Virus record (IMG/VR): IMGVR_UViG_3300036770_006296
Location: 124,001-188,000 of that record
DNA: 64,000 nt
Reading direction: 5' to 3' (one strand)
Under the pieces are notes generated by a model. That model did not search any database. It was not told the DNA's origin and was given only the letters and a program-made list of their open reading frames with translations. Below are positions 55,367 to 63,083 of this stretch, piece by piece. Both the position numbers and the translations under genes were made by a program. Each line of letters starts with the position of its first letter. Position 1 is the first letter of the stretch.

Positions 55367-55693
55367 ATGGAAGGATATGTTTATCTGATTGTTGAGGGTG
55401 ATCATAATGGGGAAGAGAAGTACAAGATAGGAGTAACTAAGAACGACCCCCAGAAAAGACTTAAGAAATTAAAAACGGGTAATTCAAATCAGCTAGATAT
55501 CCTTAAACTTTATAAGAGCAAGCACTATAAAAAGGTGGAAAAAATTCTACACCGAAAATTTATAAGTCAAAGGACATTATCAGGGAACGAGTTTTTTTAT
55601 CTAAGTGACGAACAGGTGTTTGGATTTATAAAGTATTGTGAAGAAGCAGAACACATTATAGAGTCGCTTCAGGATAATCCATTTTTTAAGTAG
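55367..55693 (+). CDS. T5orf172/MUG113-like GIY-YIG-fold protein
   Basis: GYVYLI...YKIGVT...KRLKKL.TGN...E.ILH...EFF.L. Confidence 0.8.
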   Translation: MEGYVYLIVEGDHNGEEKYKIGVTKNDPQKRLKKLKTGNSNQLDILKLYKSKHYKKVEKILHRKFISQRTLSGNEFFYLSDEQVFGFIKYCEEAEHIIESLQDNPFFK

Positions 55694-56153
55694 AGCTAAG
55701 TCCAAAACGGTTAAGTAAAGCCGCACCTTTACATCTTAGTGCTTCTAATATTTTTTCGTCTAGCACTTTATCTAGTTCTTCCCTCGGATTTTCCCTATAT
55801 AGCCTAGCCATTTCTAAAGGATATTCATTAAACGATTTTATAAGATCACATAGGCGATCATATATTTCTGTGCTTCTGCCATCATTTCTATCTGCTATGA
55901 TTTCTCTCCAATTTTCTAGGCAGTCTAGTAATTCTGCCCTTTCATATAGATTAGAGTTTTCCTCCTCTAGGTCTTCAAATTTTGATTTTAGATTATCGAG
56001 GTCTCGCTCTAAATACTCAATCCTCTCCTTTGCTTCCAAAAGTTCAGATAGGTAGTCTTCTTTTGTTTGATTTAATTCTTGATTCTCGTCTTCGAGGCCC
56101 TCTATATAAAGAATAAGCTCCTCAACCTTTTTTTCTTCTAATTTATTAGTCAT
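55686..56153 (-). CDS. Coiled-coil protein with C-terminal KGAALLNRFG motif
   Basis: Heptad-rich acidic N-terminal half; no CTS-like N-terminus. Confidence 0.75.
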   Translation of the reverse strand: MTNKLEEKKVEELILYIEGLEDENQELNQTKEDYLSELLEAKERIEYLERDLDNLKSKFEDLEEENSNLYERAELLDCLENWREIIADRNDGRSTEIYDRLCDLIKSFNEYPLEMARLYRENPREELDKVLDEKILEALRCKGAALLNRFGLSST

Positions 56154-56202
56154 AAAGAATTTTATGCAAATTTAGAAAAAATTTAGAGGAATAAAAAAAG
56201 AT

Positions 56203-56787
56203 TTATTTTCTTTTCTTTCTATTAGCTTTAGCTTGTTGGTAGAGTTTTTTGTCGTGCATTTTTGTAGTCTTTCCTCCAGTTACGAAAGAGTTTACTCTAG
56301 CCATTGCCCATTGCTGTGGATTTGTTCCTGGAATGTGACCAGTTTTCCAAGCAGCATATCCTCTCTTCCAAACTTGTGTGAGTATTCCCTGTGGGAATCC
56401 TGTTTTATCTGACTTCTTTTTAAGTGCTTTTCTGACAGGACTAGTTGGAGAAGATACCCCTTCATTTAAAAAGCCCTCGAATTCTAATAGTTCTGATTCT
56501 GTTAAATGATCGAGGAACTCTATAAATTCATTTTCTAGATCCTCTAATATACTCATGAATTCGTAAGGATCTGTAATTAGGTTTTCTCCAAACATTTGTT
56601 TGTATTTTTTTGTGTATTTGCTGGTTTTAGTCCCCACCTTCTTACCCACGCCCGCTTTGCGCGATTTATAATCTGCATCCCATGGGCCATAAGCGGAAGA
56701 ATCATCGTCTCTTTTATGAGCGTGTTTTTTTATTTCCCTCCGCATCACGTTAGGATTTTTAGTAAGATACTTCTTGGGTAATTTCAT
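56203..56787 (-). CDS. Basic conserved viral hypothetical (DUF5824-like)
   Basis: Start moved to 56787; GILTQVWKRGYAAWKTGH.PG...QQWAMARVNSF. Confidence 0.7.
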   Translation of the reverse strand: MKLPKKYLTKNPNVMRREIKKHAHKRDDDSSAYGPWDADYKSRKAGVGKKVGTKTSKYTKKYKQMFGENLITDPYEFMSILEDLENEFIEFLDHLTESELLEFEGFLNEGVSSPTSPVRKALKKKSDKTGFPQGILTQVWKRGYAAWKTGHIPGTNPQQWAMARVNSFVTGGKTTKMHDKKLYQQAKANRKKRK

Positions 56788-56848
56788 AATGTATTTATCC
56801 AACTCTATAAAAACATTTTTTTTAAACAAATGAATTTTCTAGGTTTGC

Positions 56849-57406
56849 ATGACTATAAAAAATATGAAAAGAAAAAAAGATTATCCAACTCTAATTCATG
56901 GCTCTATCTTTAGCCCTTGCTTTATGACAGAGGAAGAATTCGAGAATGGATATAAGTCTTCAATATTTTATATAGAAAAAGATTTCCGCGAGGAATACGA
57001 AAAACACATAGCAGCAATGTCTCACATTTCAAATATAGCAAAGAGCTACATTTTTAATAACTGGGAAAAGGTTAAGGATTGGAGTGATTTAGAAGTGGTT
57101 GTTAAACATGGGCCAACTGGAGAAAAAACATACTATTACTCTTACAAAGAAAAAATAAGAAAGAAAGAATACGGCAGAGGTATGATTTCGGAGCTACTTA
57201 TGAAGTCCGATAAAAAAAAGAAAAGAAACCAAAACCCTGTTTTAACTATAAATAATGTGGTACTAGATCCAACCGATGGCGATTTTTCAATCACTATAAA
57301 CGGAAAAGAACATTGGTGGATACAAGACGAGGCTGTTATAATTATAGCAGACTATATAGAAAAAAGATTAAAAAAAGAAAATAGCCCTGATGAAAAGGAG
57401 ATATAA
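56849..57406 (+). CDS. Hypothetical protein
   Basis: Behind early-type promoter 56810-56847. Confidence 0.7.
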   Translation: MTIKNMKRKKDYPTLIHGSIFSPCFMTEEEFENGYKSSIFYIEKDFREEYEKHIAAMSHISNIAKSYIFNNWEKVKDWSDLEVVVKHGPTGEKTYYYSYKEKIRKKEYGRGMISELLMKSDKKKKRNQNPVLTINNVVLDPTDGDFSITINGKEHWWIQDEAVIIIADYIEKRLKKENSPDEKEI

Positions 57407-57887
57407 AATGTATGGAATTGTTTGTAACAATATAAGTTCTTTACAGAAGGGTATCCAATTTGGTAAATCTATTGTTGAATATGCAACTAAGTATGGCAGC
57501 AATGACCAGTATAAAAAATGGGCTAGCGGGGATAAACAAGTAATGCTCTATGATGGTGGAAGTACTAATTCAAGAAGATTCGATGGAAAATATATTGGAT
57601 CAATGAACAGATACTTAGATGAGTTAGATAAACATAAAATAGAATTGGTTTCTTTTTATGAGAAAGATTTAGGAGACCAACTAACTTGTATTTGTTTATT
57701 ACTAGATGAAAGGATATGGGACACCGAAAAATTTAATGACTACGACGGGCCATTTATAGACAAGCATGGAAAAGAGCCTTCTCAGATTCCCTATAATTAC
57801 TGGAGATCAAAATTTGGTAACAGTGAAGAAGAAATAAATAAAATATTTTTTCTTAGAAAATTTTTTAAAGAATTAAAAATCTTATAG
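57390..57887 (+). CDS. Possible Pth2-fold (peptidyl-tRNA hydrolase-like) phage protein
   Basis: MYGIV...ISSLQKGIQ.G...KQVMLYDGG...FYEKDLGDQLTCIC; weak similarity recalled. Confidence 0.45.
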   Translation: MKRRYKMYGIVCNNISSLQKGIQFGKSIVEYATKYGSNDQYKKWASGDKQVMLYDGGSTNSRRFDGKYIGSMNRYLDELDKHKIELVSFYEKDLGDQLTCICLLLDERIWDTEKFNDYDGPFIDKHGKEPSQIPYNYWRSKFGNSEEEINKIFFLRKFFKELKIL

Positions 57888-57890
57888 TTT

Positions 57891-58910
57891 ATGTCAGAAA
57901 AATCCAATTCGGATGTTAGGAAAAGAATAAAAAATTTAATTAATATATCAAATAGAATGATGAAAAGAAACGAGAACAGATACGTTGACATGACAGATGA
58001 CGATGATGATTTAGGATTAGTTGATACGCATAAACATACCCAATGGTCAGTTCTTCAAAACGATCAATTTGCGCCATCATATGTTTCAGTTTCTAGAGTT
58101 CCTAGTGGTTTATATGAGATGAAATGGAACTCTCCTATGCAAACTTGGGTTTTAGCAAAGCAAGCTCTAAATATAGACGAGCTATATGAACTACCATCCC
58201 CTGAAATAGAAAGTATACTTAACGATATTAGGCTTTTTTGGAAAAAGAGAGGAGTTTATAGGGATTACAATTTTGTTCATAAGAGGGGTATACTTCTTTA
58301 CGGAGATCCAGGATGTGGAAAATCCGGAATCATACAGCTTTGTGTTAAAAGCTTAATAGAGGAAGAATCCGGAATCGTAATAAACATAAAAGAGGATGAG
58401 GATTTTAAAGCCTTCTTAGAATTTGTTCCTACTATAAGAACAATAGAGCCAGAAAGACCTCTTATTGTTATATTAGAGGATATCGACTCCCTAGCTGGAG
58501 AGGACCGGTACTCAACAACTAAACTCTTAAACATACTAGACGGTGTTAAACAGATAGAGAATGTTGTTTATATAGCAACAACAAATTACCCTGAAAAATT
58601 ACAGGAAAGAATTACCAACAGACCTTCCAGATTTGATAGAAGGTATGAGGTTCAAATGCCATCGAGAGAAATTAGAGAAGCATACATCAAAAACAAGCTA
58701 ACTGATGATGACTTAAAGACAATTAACATGGAGGAATGGCTAGACGCATCAGAGAACATGTCATTATCACATTTAAAAGAGATGGTGATTTCTGTTATTG
58801 TGATGGGAAAAGACTTTGATGAATCACTATCTGCTTTAGATGCACTCTCGGAGAGACCTAAAATTAAAGGAGGGAAAAGAAAATCTGGAATAGGTTTCGG
58901 AAAATCATAA
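57891..58910 (+). CDS. AAA+ ATPase (FtsH/BCS1-like module)
   Basis: RGILLYGDPGCGKS; IVILEDID; ATTNYPE; NRPSRFDR. Confidence 0.9.
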   Translation: MSEKSNSDVRKRIKNLINISNRMMKRNENRYVDMTDDDDDLGLVDTHKHTQWSVLQNDQFAPSYVSVSRVPSGLYEMKWNSPMQTWVLAKQALNIDELYELPSPEIESILNDIRLFWKKRGVYRDYNFVHKRGILLYGDPGCGKSGIIQLCVKSLIEEESGIVINIKEDEDFKAFLEFVPTIRTIEPERPLIVILEDIDSLAGEDRYSTTKLLNILDGVKQIENVVYIATTNYPEKLQERITNRPSRFDRRYEVQMPSREIREAYIKNKLTDDDLKTINMEEWLDASENMSLSHLKEMVISVIVMGKDFDESLSALDALSERPKIKGGKRKSGIGFGKS

Positions 58911-58938
58911 TGCGGGATATATAATCTAAGACTAACAA

Positions 58939-60003
58939 ATGAAGAGTTTTAGAGATAAATTTCCAGGGCTTACTGAAGAACAGATAAGAATCAAGTATAA
59001 AATCTGGGAGAAAGAGAAAGAGAGAGAAAAACAACTCAGGGAGTCTATCGAGAGAAGAAGACGAAATCCTTTTAAAGAGGATGATGAGGGAGACGAGGGG
59101 GCATCTTATTCGGGTAGCTTAGATATAGATGGAACGCATGGGATAGTTTCCGACGCCGCTTTAATTGGCTCCAATGTCACATTTTTTTACCAAAACGGAA
59201 ATAAAACATTTACTAAAACTGATTCGAAGGGAGCATTTAATGTTCCGAGAAGTTTCGGAGATGGTTATATTATTGTTGACGGAGGTATAGATTCGGTCAA
59301 CGGTCTTCCTTATATGGGACAATACAGAATAGACTCCGCATTTTTTCATAAGTATAGAGCAATAACCCCAATCACACACATTGCCAGTCATATTTGGGAC
59401 TGCACACCTACCAGAACTCCAGAAGAAGCGATGGATCTAGTTATCGATAATATATCGCACCTTACAAATATAAGTATACCTAATATAGACAAGGGATTTT
59501 TATTTAATAGCGATCATGTTAGGATCACATTGGACGACGTAGAAGGAGCTAAGGAGGTCCAAGCAATAAATACCATTATAGAAATATATTCTGATCTTAT
59601 AGGGGCTTTAAAATCAAATATGGAGGGGGAAATAATACCTAATAAAACCCAAACATATAAGGAAATAGCAAATTATCTTCTCACTAAAGTGAATGGGCAG
59701 GAATCAATAAATTACACAGATGATTTCTTTAAATTTCACGTGACTAATCAGCAAAAAAACCATGAGACTTGCTGTTCTTATTTAATAAACAAAGCCATAA
59801 AAAGTATAAACAAAGCTTTAGTAAAAGATTCAATACAAGCAACTAAAGAAATACAGGCTTTAAATTTTATAGTTAAGAGCGAATGGTGTGATAAATCTCT
59901 ATATATGACTAATGATTCTAGCGCAAGCCCACAAAAAATATGGGATAGCATTGAAAGAAAAAATCCAGTTAACCTGATAGATTCTATAAACCTAGAGATT
60001 TAA
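58939..60003 (+). CDS. Hypothetical late protein
   Basis: GGATATATA at 58915; central segment TKTDSKGAF...GGID...ITPIT suggests an Ig/carboxypeptidase-regulatory-like beta domain (weak). Confidence 0.7.
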   Translation: MKSFRDKFPGLTEEQIRIKYKIWEKEKEREKQLRESIERRRRNPFKEDDEGDEGASYSGSLDIDGTHGIVSDAALIGSNVTFFYQNGNKTFTKTDSKGAFNVPRSFGDGYIIVDGGIDSVNGLPYMGQYRIDSAFFHKYRAITPITHIASHIWDCTPTRTPEEAMDLVIDNISHLTNISIPNIDKGFLFNSDHVRITLDDVEGAKEVQAINTIIEIYSDLIGALKSNMEGEIIPNKTQTYKEIANYLLTKVNGQESINYTDDFFKFHVTNQQKNHETCCSYLINKAIKSINKALVKDSIQATKEIQALNFIVKSEWCDKSLYMTNDSSASPQKIWDSIERKNPVNLIDSINLEI

Positions 60004-60597
60004 TTATTTGTGGTGATCAAGGTCAGTCGGATAGTCTTTTAGCTTTTCCATTATTCTCTTAAGATCTTCATAAGAATATGGCTTATAATTATTGGTGTCT
60101 ACACCTACATCCATAGTTCTTCTTCTTTTTGATTTAGTCCACCATTCATCATCTTTAAGATTGTTGTGACAGTGTCCGTGCAATTGCCAGGTTCCTTTAT
60201 GGTAGTTGTTCCATATTTTCATTGGCCAATGACTAAGTACAATATGGTCGTCATCTATTTTTATTTCTAAATAAGAGCTCACGCTCTCAAAAACCTCGTG
60301 GCATCCGTCCCTATTTTTATAGATATTCTCGTCGTGATTTCCCAGTATAATATGAACATTCTGACATATGATTCTCTCCCTGAATCTAAAAATGTTTTCA
60401 GCCCCCCCAAAACTCCAATCTCCTAAATGGTATAAAGTGTCCTCTTGTCCAACTACTGAGTTTATTGAATCAACAATTTTATTATTGTGATCTTCTAGAT
60501 TTTTAAAATCTCTACATCTGGATTTATCATCCCATTTGCTTATTCCCGAAACTATGTTTTTATGCCCATAGTGGGTATCTGAAGTAAAATATATCAT
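60004..60597 (-). CDS. Metallophosphoesterase (calcineurin-like)
   Basis: Start moved to 60597: FTSDTHYGH, HLGDWS, LGNHD, LSHWP, LHGHCH, DVGVD. Confidence 0.9.
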   Translation of the reverse strand: MIYFTSDTHYGHKNIVSGISKWDDKSRCRDFKNLEDHNNKIVDSINSVVGQEDTLYHLGDWSFGGAENIFRFRERIICQNVHIILGNHDENIYKNRDGCHEVFESVSSYLEIKIDDDHIVLSHWPMKIWNNYHKGTWQLHGHCHNNLKDDEWWTKSKRRRTMDVGVDTNNYKPYSYEDLKRIMEKLKDYPTDLDHHK

Positions 60598-60643
60598 AAT
60601 GCTTATATTACGGAACTTTTGTAAGATTTCATGTAAAATTAAT

Positions 60644-60964
60644 ATGGTTTTCCACAAATTTAAAGAGTGCATAGATATTTTAATATCAATACACAATAAA
60701 AATATGGAAGCATATAAGTTGGGTATAGACATATTAGACTATCATGATTCTTACGATAAAGCTATTAATATTTTATTTGAAGAGATATTGACTGAAGAGG
60801 GAATGGATTGGTTAGGCTGGTATCTTTATGAAAAAGATGGCATATCGGGAAACCCAAAAAAAGATATGAAAGCGTGGGACAATAAAAAAGAGATTTGTAA
60901 AAATTTAAAGGATCTTCATGTTTATCTCACTAAAAATAACTATTTTAAGCGGAATGAAAGATAA
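60644..60964 (+). CDS. Hypothetical protein
   Basis: Start moved to ATG 60644. Confidence 0.65.
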   Translation: MVFHKFKECIDILISIHNKNMEAYKLGIDILDYHDSYDKAINILFEEILTEEGMDWLGWYLYEKDGISGNPKKDMKAWDNKKEICKNLKDLHVYLTKNNYFKRNER

Positions 60965-61154
60965 AACAAATTCTATAATTAATTGGGAACTGCACCAAAA
61001 GCTTTCTCCTAAAAGAAAAATAGATACCGAATACAAATATAAAAAGCCTAATGGAAAAAAACCAGGATGGTTCAAAAGATTTGTGTCCTACATAAAGAAG
61101 ACTCTACAAGGATTAAATGAAATGTTAAGAAATGGGTACTCATCTAGAAGCTAA
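60954..61154 (+). CDS. Small basic hypothetical protein
   Basis: Start moved to ATG 60954. Confidence 0.5.
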   Translation: MKDKTNSIINWELHQKLSPKRKIDTEYKYKKPNGKKPGWFKRFVSYIKKTLQGLNEMLRNGYSSRS

Positions 61155-61335
61155 ACCTAGCCCTAAAATAGTTATCGATGGCGAAATCTATAGGGTTGAA
61201 AAATTTTATATATCGGAGCTTGGCTATCTTATGATGAGATTATACTCAGAAGATAGAAAAGTCTACACCACACATAATCTGGGAACCCACAACCCCGAAG
61301 AAAATATATTTAAAGATGCAATCGAAAAAAGATAA
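61132..61335 (+). CDS. Small hypothetical protein
   Basis: Overlapping series. Confidence 0.6.
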   Translation: MGTHLEAKPSPKIVIDGEIYRVEKFYISELGYLMMRLYSEDRKVYTTHNLGTHNPEENIFKDAIEKR

Positions 61336-61825
61336 AGATCTGGTTCTCATAAATGTAGAAGGCCCAATACTGAAGGTTAAAAGAGCTGATGAGGGTGACT
61401 ATGTTTTATATGACAACGAAGATTCAATAGTAGATATACTGAATCCCAAAAAATTTGTAGACTTCATATTTAATGATTATCCCCTGGTCTATACAGATGG
61501 AAAGGAAATTAAATATAAAAACTATGCTCCTAAAGACAGGGCAAACAGAGGGGAGTTAGCTAGGTTTATGTTTGGTGGAGGGGTAAGTAAAGGATTTTTA
61601 GAATTTAGTAAAATTGATGGACAATGGCTATCACCAATTCCAGAGGAAAGGGAATGGCAGGAGGATGTTTTAAAAGAGATATTTCCGAGCTATCCAGAAG
61701 CCGCTCCCAAATGGCAGTATATGAATGGTCTATTACAGATAGCATTGAGATATAAAGAACAAATGGAGGTAGATCATGGCATTAGCTCTGGTGAAGAAGA
61801 ACTAGAAGACGATGAAAATGGGTAA
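61316..61825 (+). CDS. Hypothetical protein
   Basis: Overlapping series. Confidence 0.7.
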   Translation: MQSKKDKDLVLINVEGPILKVKRADEGDYVLYDNEDSIVDILNPKKFVDFIFNDYPLVYTDGKEIKYKNYAPKDRANRGELARFMFGGGVSKGFLEFSKIDGQWLSPIPEEREWQEDVLKEIFPSYPEAAPKWQYMNGLLQIALRYKEQMEVDHGISSGEEELEDDENG

Positions 61826-62162
61826 AAAATTAATTTATATTGCATCCCCCTATACCAATCCGGATGAGAGGGTGAGACACGAGAACTATTTAATAGTTAC
61901 TAAAATTGCAGGAGATCTAGTATCCAGAGGAGCTGTTGCAATATCGCCTATAACTTATGGACACATATTAGCTGAGCACACTAAAATGTCAACAGATTGG
62001 GATTTCTGGATGGATTTCTGTCTTGTGCTTCTAGCTAAATGCGACGAGATTCTGGTCTGTAATACTATGGTTGGTTGGGAAGAATCTAAAGGAGTTACTG
62101 CAGAAATTGAATTTGCTAAGAAGAATGGAATAGAGATAAAATATTTAAATCCCATAAAATAA
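61812..62162 (+). CDS. DUF1937 / nucleoside 2-deoxyribosyltransferase-like protein
   Basis: IYIASPYT; SPI..GH; KCDE; GWEESKGV..EIEFA. Confidence 0.75.
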   Translation: MKMGKKLIYIASPYTNPDERVRHENYLIVTKIAGDLVSRGAVAISPITYGHILAEHTKMSTDWDFWMDFCLVLLAKCDEILVCNTMVGWEESKGVTAEIEFAKKNGIEIKYLNPIK

Positions 62163-62170
62163 AGGGAAAT

Positions 62171-62527
62171 ATGACAAATACAATTGCTTTAATAATCGGT
62201 ATTTTATTTGGATTCATTGCACAGGTTATGACTTTTTTTCAACTACAGGGACCGATTAAATATGATTGGTTTAAAAATCACTACTGGTTAACTGTTTTAA
62301 TGGGAATTCCGATATCAATGTTATTCATGTATTCAGTAAAGAATATGATTATAGCATTTGATGGACAGATGTGGCCATCCAGATTAATAGGATTTAGCAT
62401 AGGAGCAATGGTTTTTACTTGGCTTAGCTGGAAGGTATTTAATGAACCAATAACTTTAAAAACTCTAGTGTGTCTTTTGTTATCTGCTGGTATATTAATA
62501 ATACAACTTGTATGGAAAACACCTTAG
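62171..62527 (+). CDS. Small 4-TM membrane protein (DMT/SMR-like)
   Basis: Four hydrophobic helices; EPITLKTLVCLLL. Confidence 0.65.
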   Translation: MTNTIALIIGILFGFIAQVMTFFQLQGPIKYDWFKNHYWLTVLMGIPISMLFMYSVKNMIIAFDGQMWPSRLIGFSIGAMVFTWLSWKVFNEPITLKTLVCLLLSAGILIIQLVWKTP

Positions 62528-62823
62528 ATATCATAATAGAAAGCATGACTGATGCTGAATGGGAGAAAGTAAAGCATAAAGCTGAAACTAACAGAGCTCA
62601 TAGAGCAGCAAAAACATTTAGGGATAAGAGAGAATCCGCTATTAAGTTTGGTGATTGGATACTAAAAAAGAATCTAGTAAATGGATATGACACGGATGGA
62701 TCTTCTTGTTGGGTAGTTCCTGACGGAAAGGGAAATACCTATACAACGGTTGAGATTTATAATATTTATTTAAGAGGAGATTGGGAAGAAATAGAGGATG
62801 ACGATATAGAAGATGAAATATGA
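62512..62823 (+). CDS. Hypothetical protein
   Basis: Start moved to ATG 62512. Confidence 0.65.
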   Translation: MENTLDIIIESMTDAEWEKVKHKAETNRAHRAAKTFRDKRESAIKFGDWILKKNLVNGYDTDGSSCWVVPDGKGNTYTTVEIYNIYLRGDWEEIEDDDIEDEI

Positions 62824-63083
62824 CGGAAAGAGAACTACAACTTTTAGGATTTGAGCAAAAAGTCCAAAATGACCCAGATTGGGGAATTTATCACTATTAC
62901 ACCTATGAAGTAACTAAAGGATTAGATTTTATATCTAATGCTAGTGATGAAATTAAGGAAGGTGAAGAATGGTACGTAGAATTTTTTGAATCCACACCAG
63001 CTATCAGATTTTATGGCTTTGGTGAGGTTCAAGCATTAATAAATCTTTTAGAAAAACATAAAATAAATGAACAACCTGGATAA
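62820..63083 (+). CDS. Hypothetical protein
   Basis: ATG overlaps previous stop. Confidence 0.7.
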   Translation: MTERELQLLGFEQKVQNDPDWGIYHYYTYEVTKGLDFISNASDEIKEGEEWYVEFFESTPAIRFYGFGEVQALINLLEKHKINEQPG

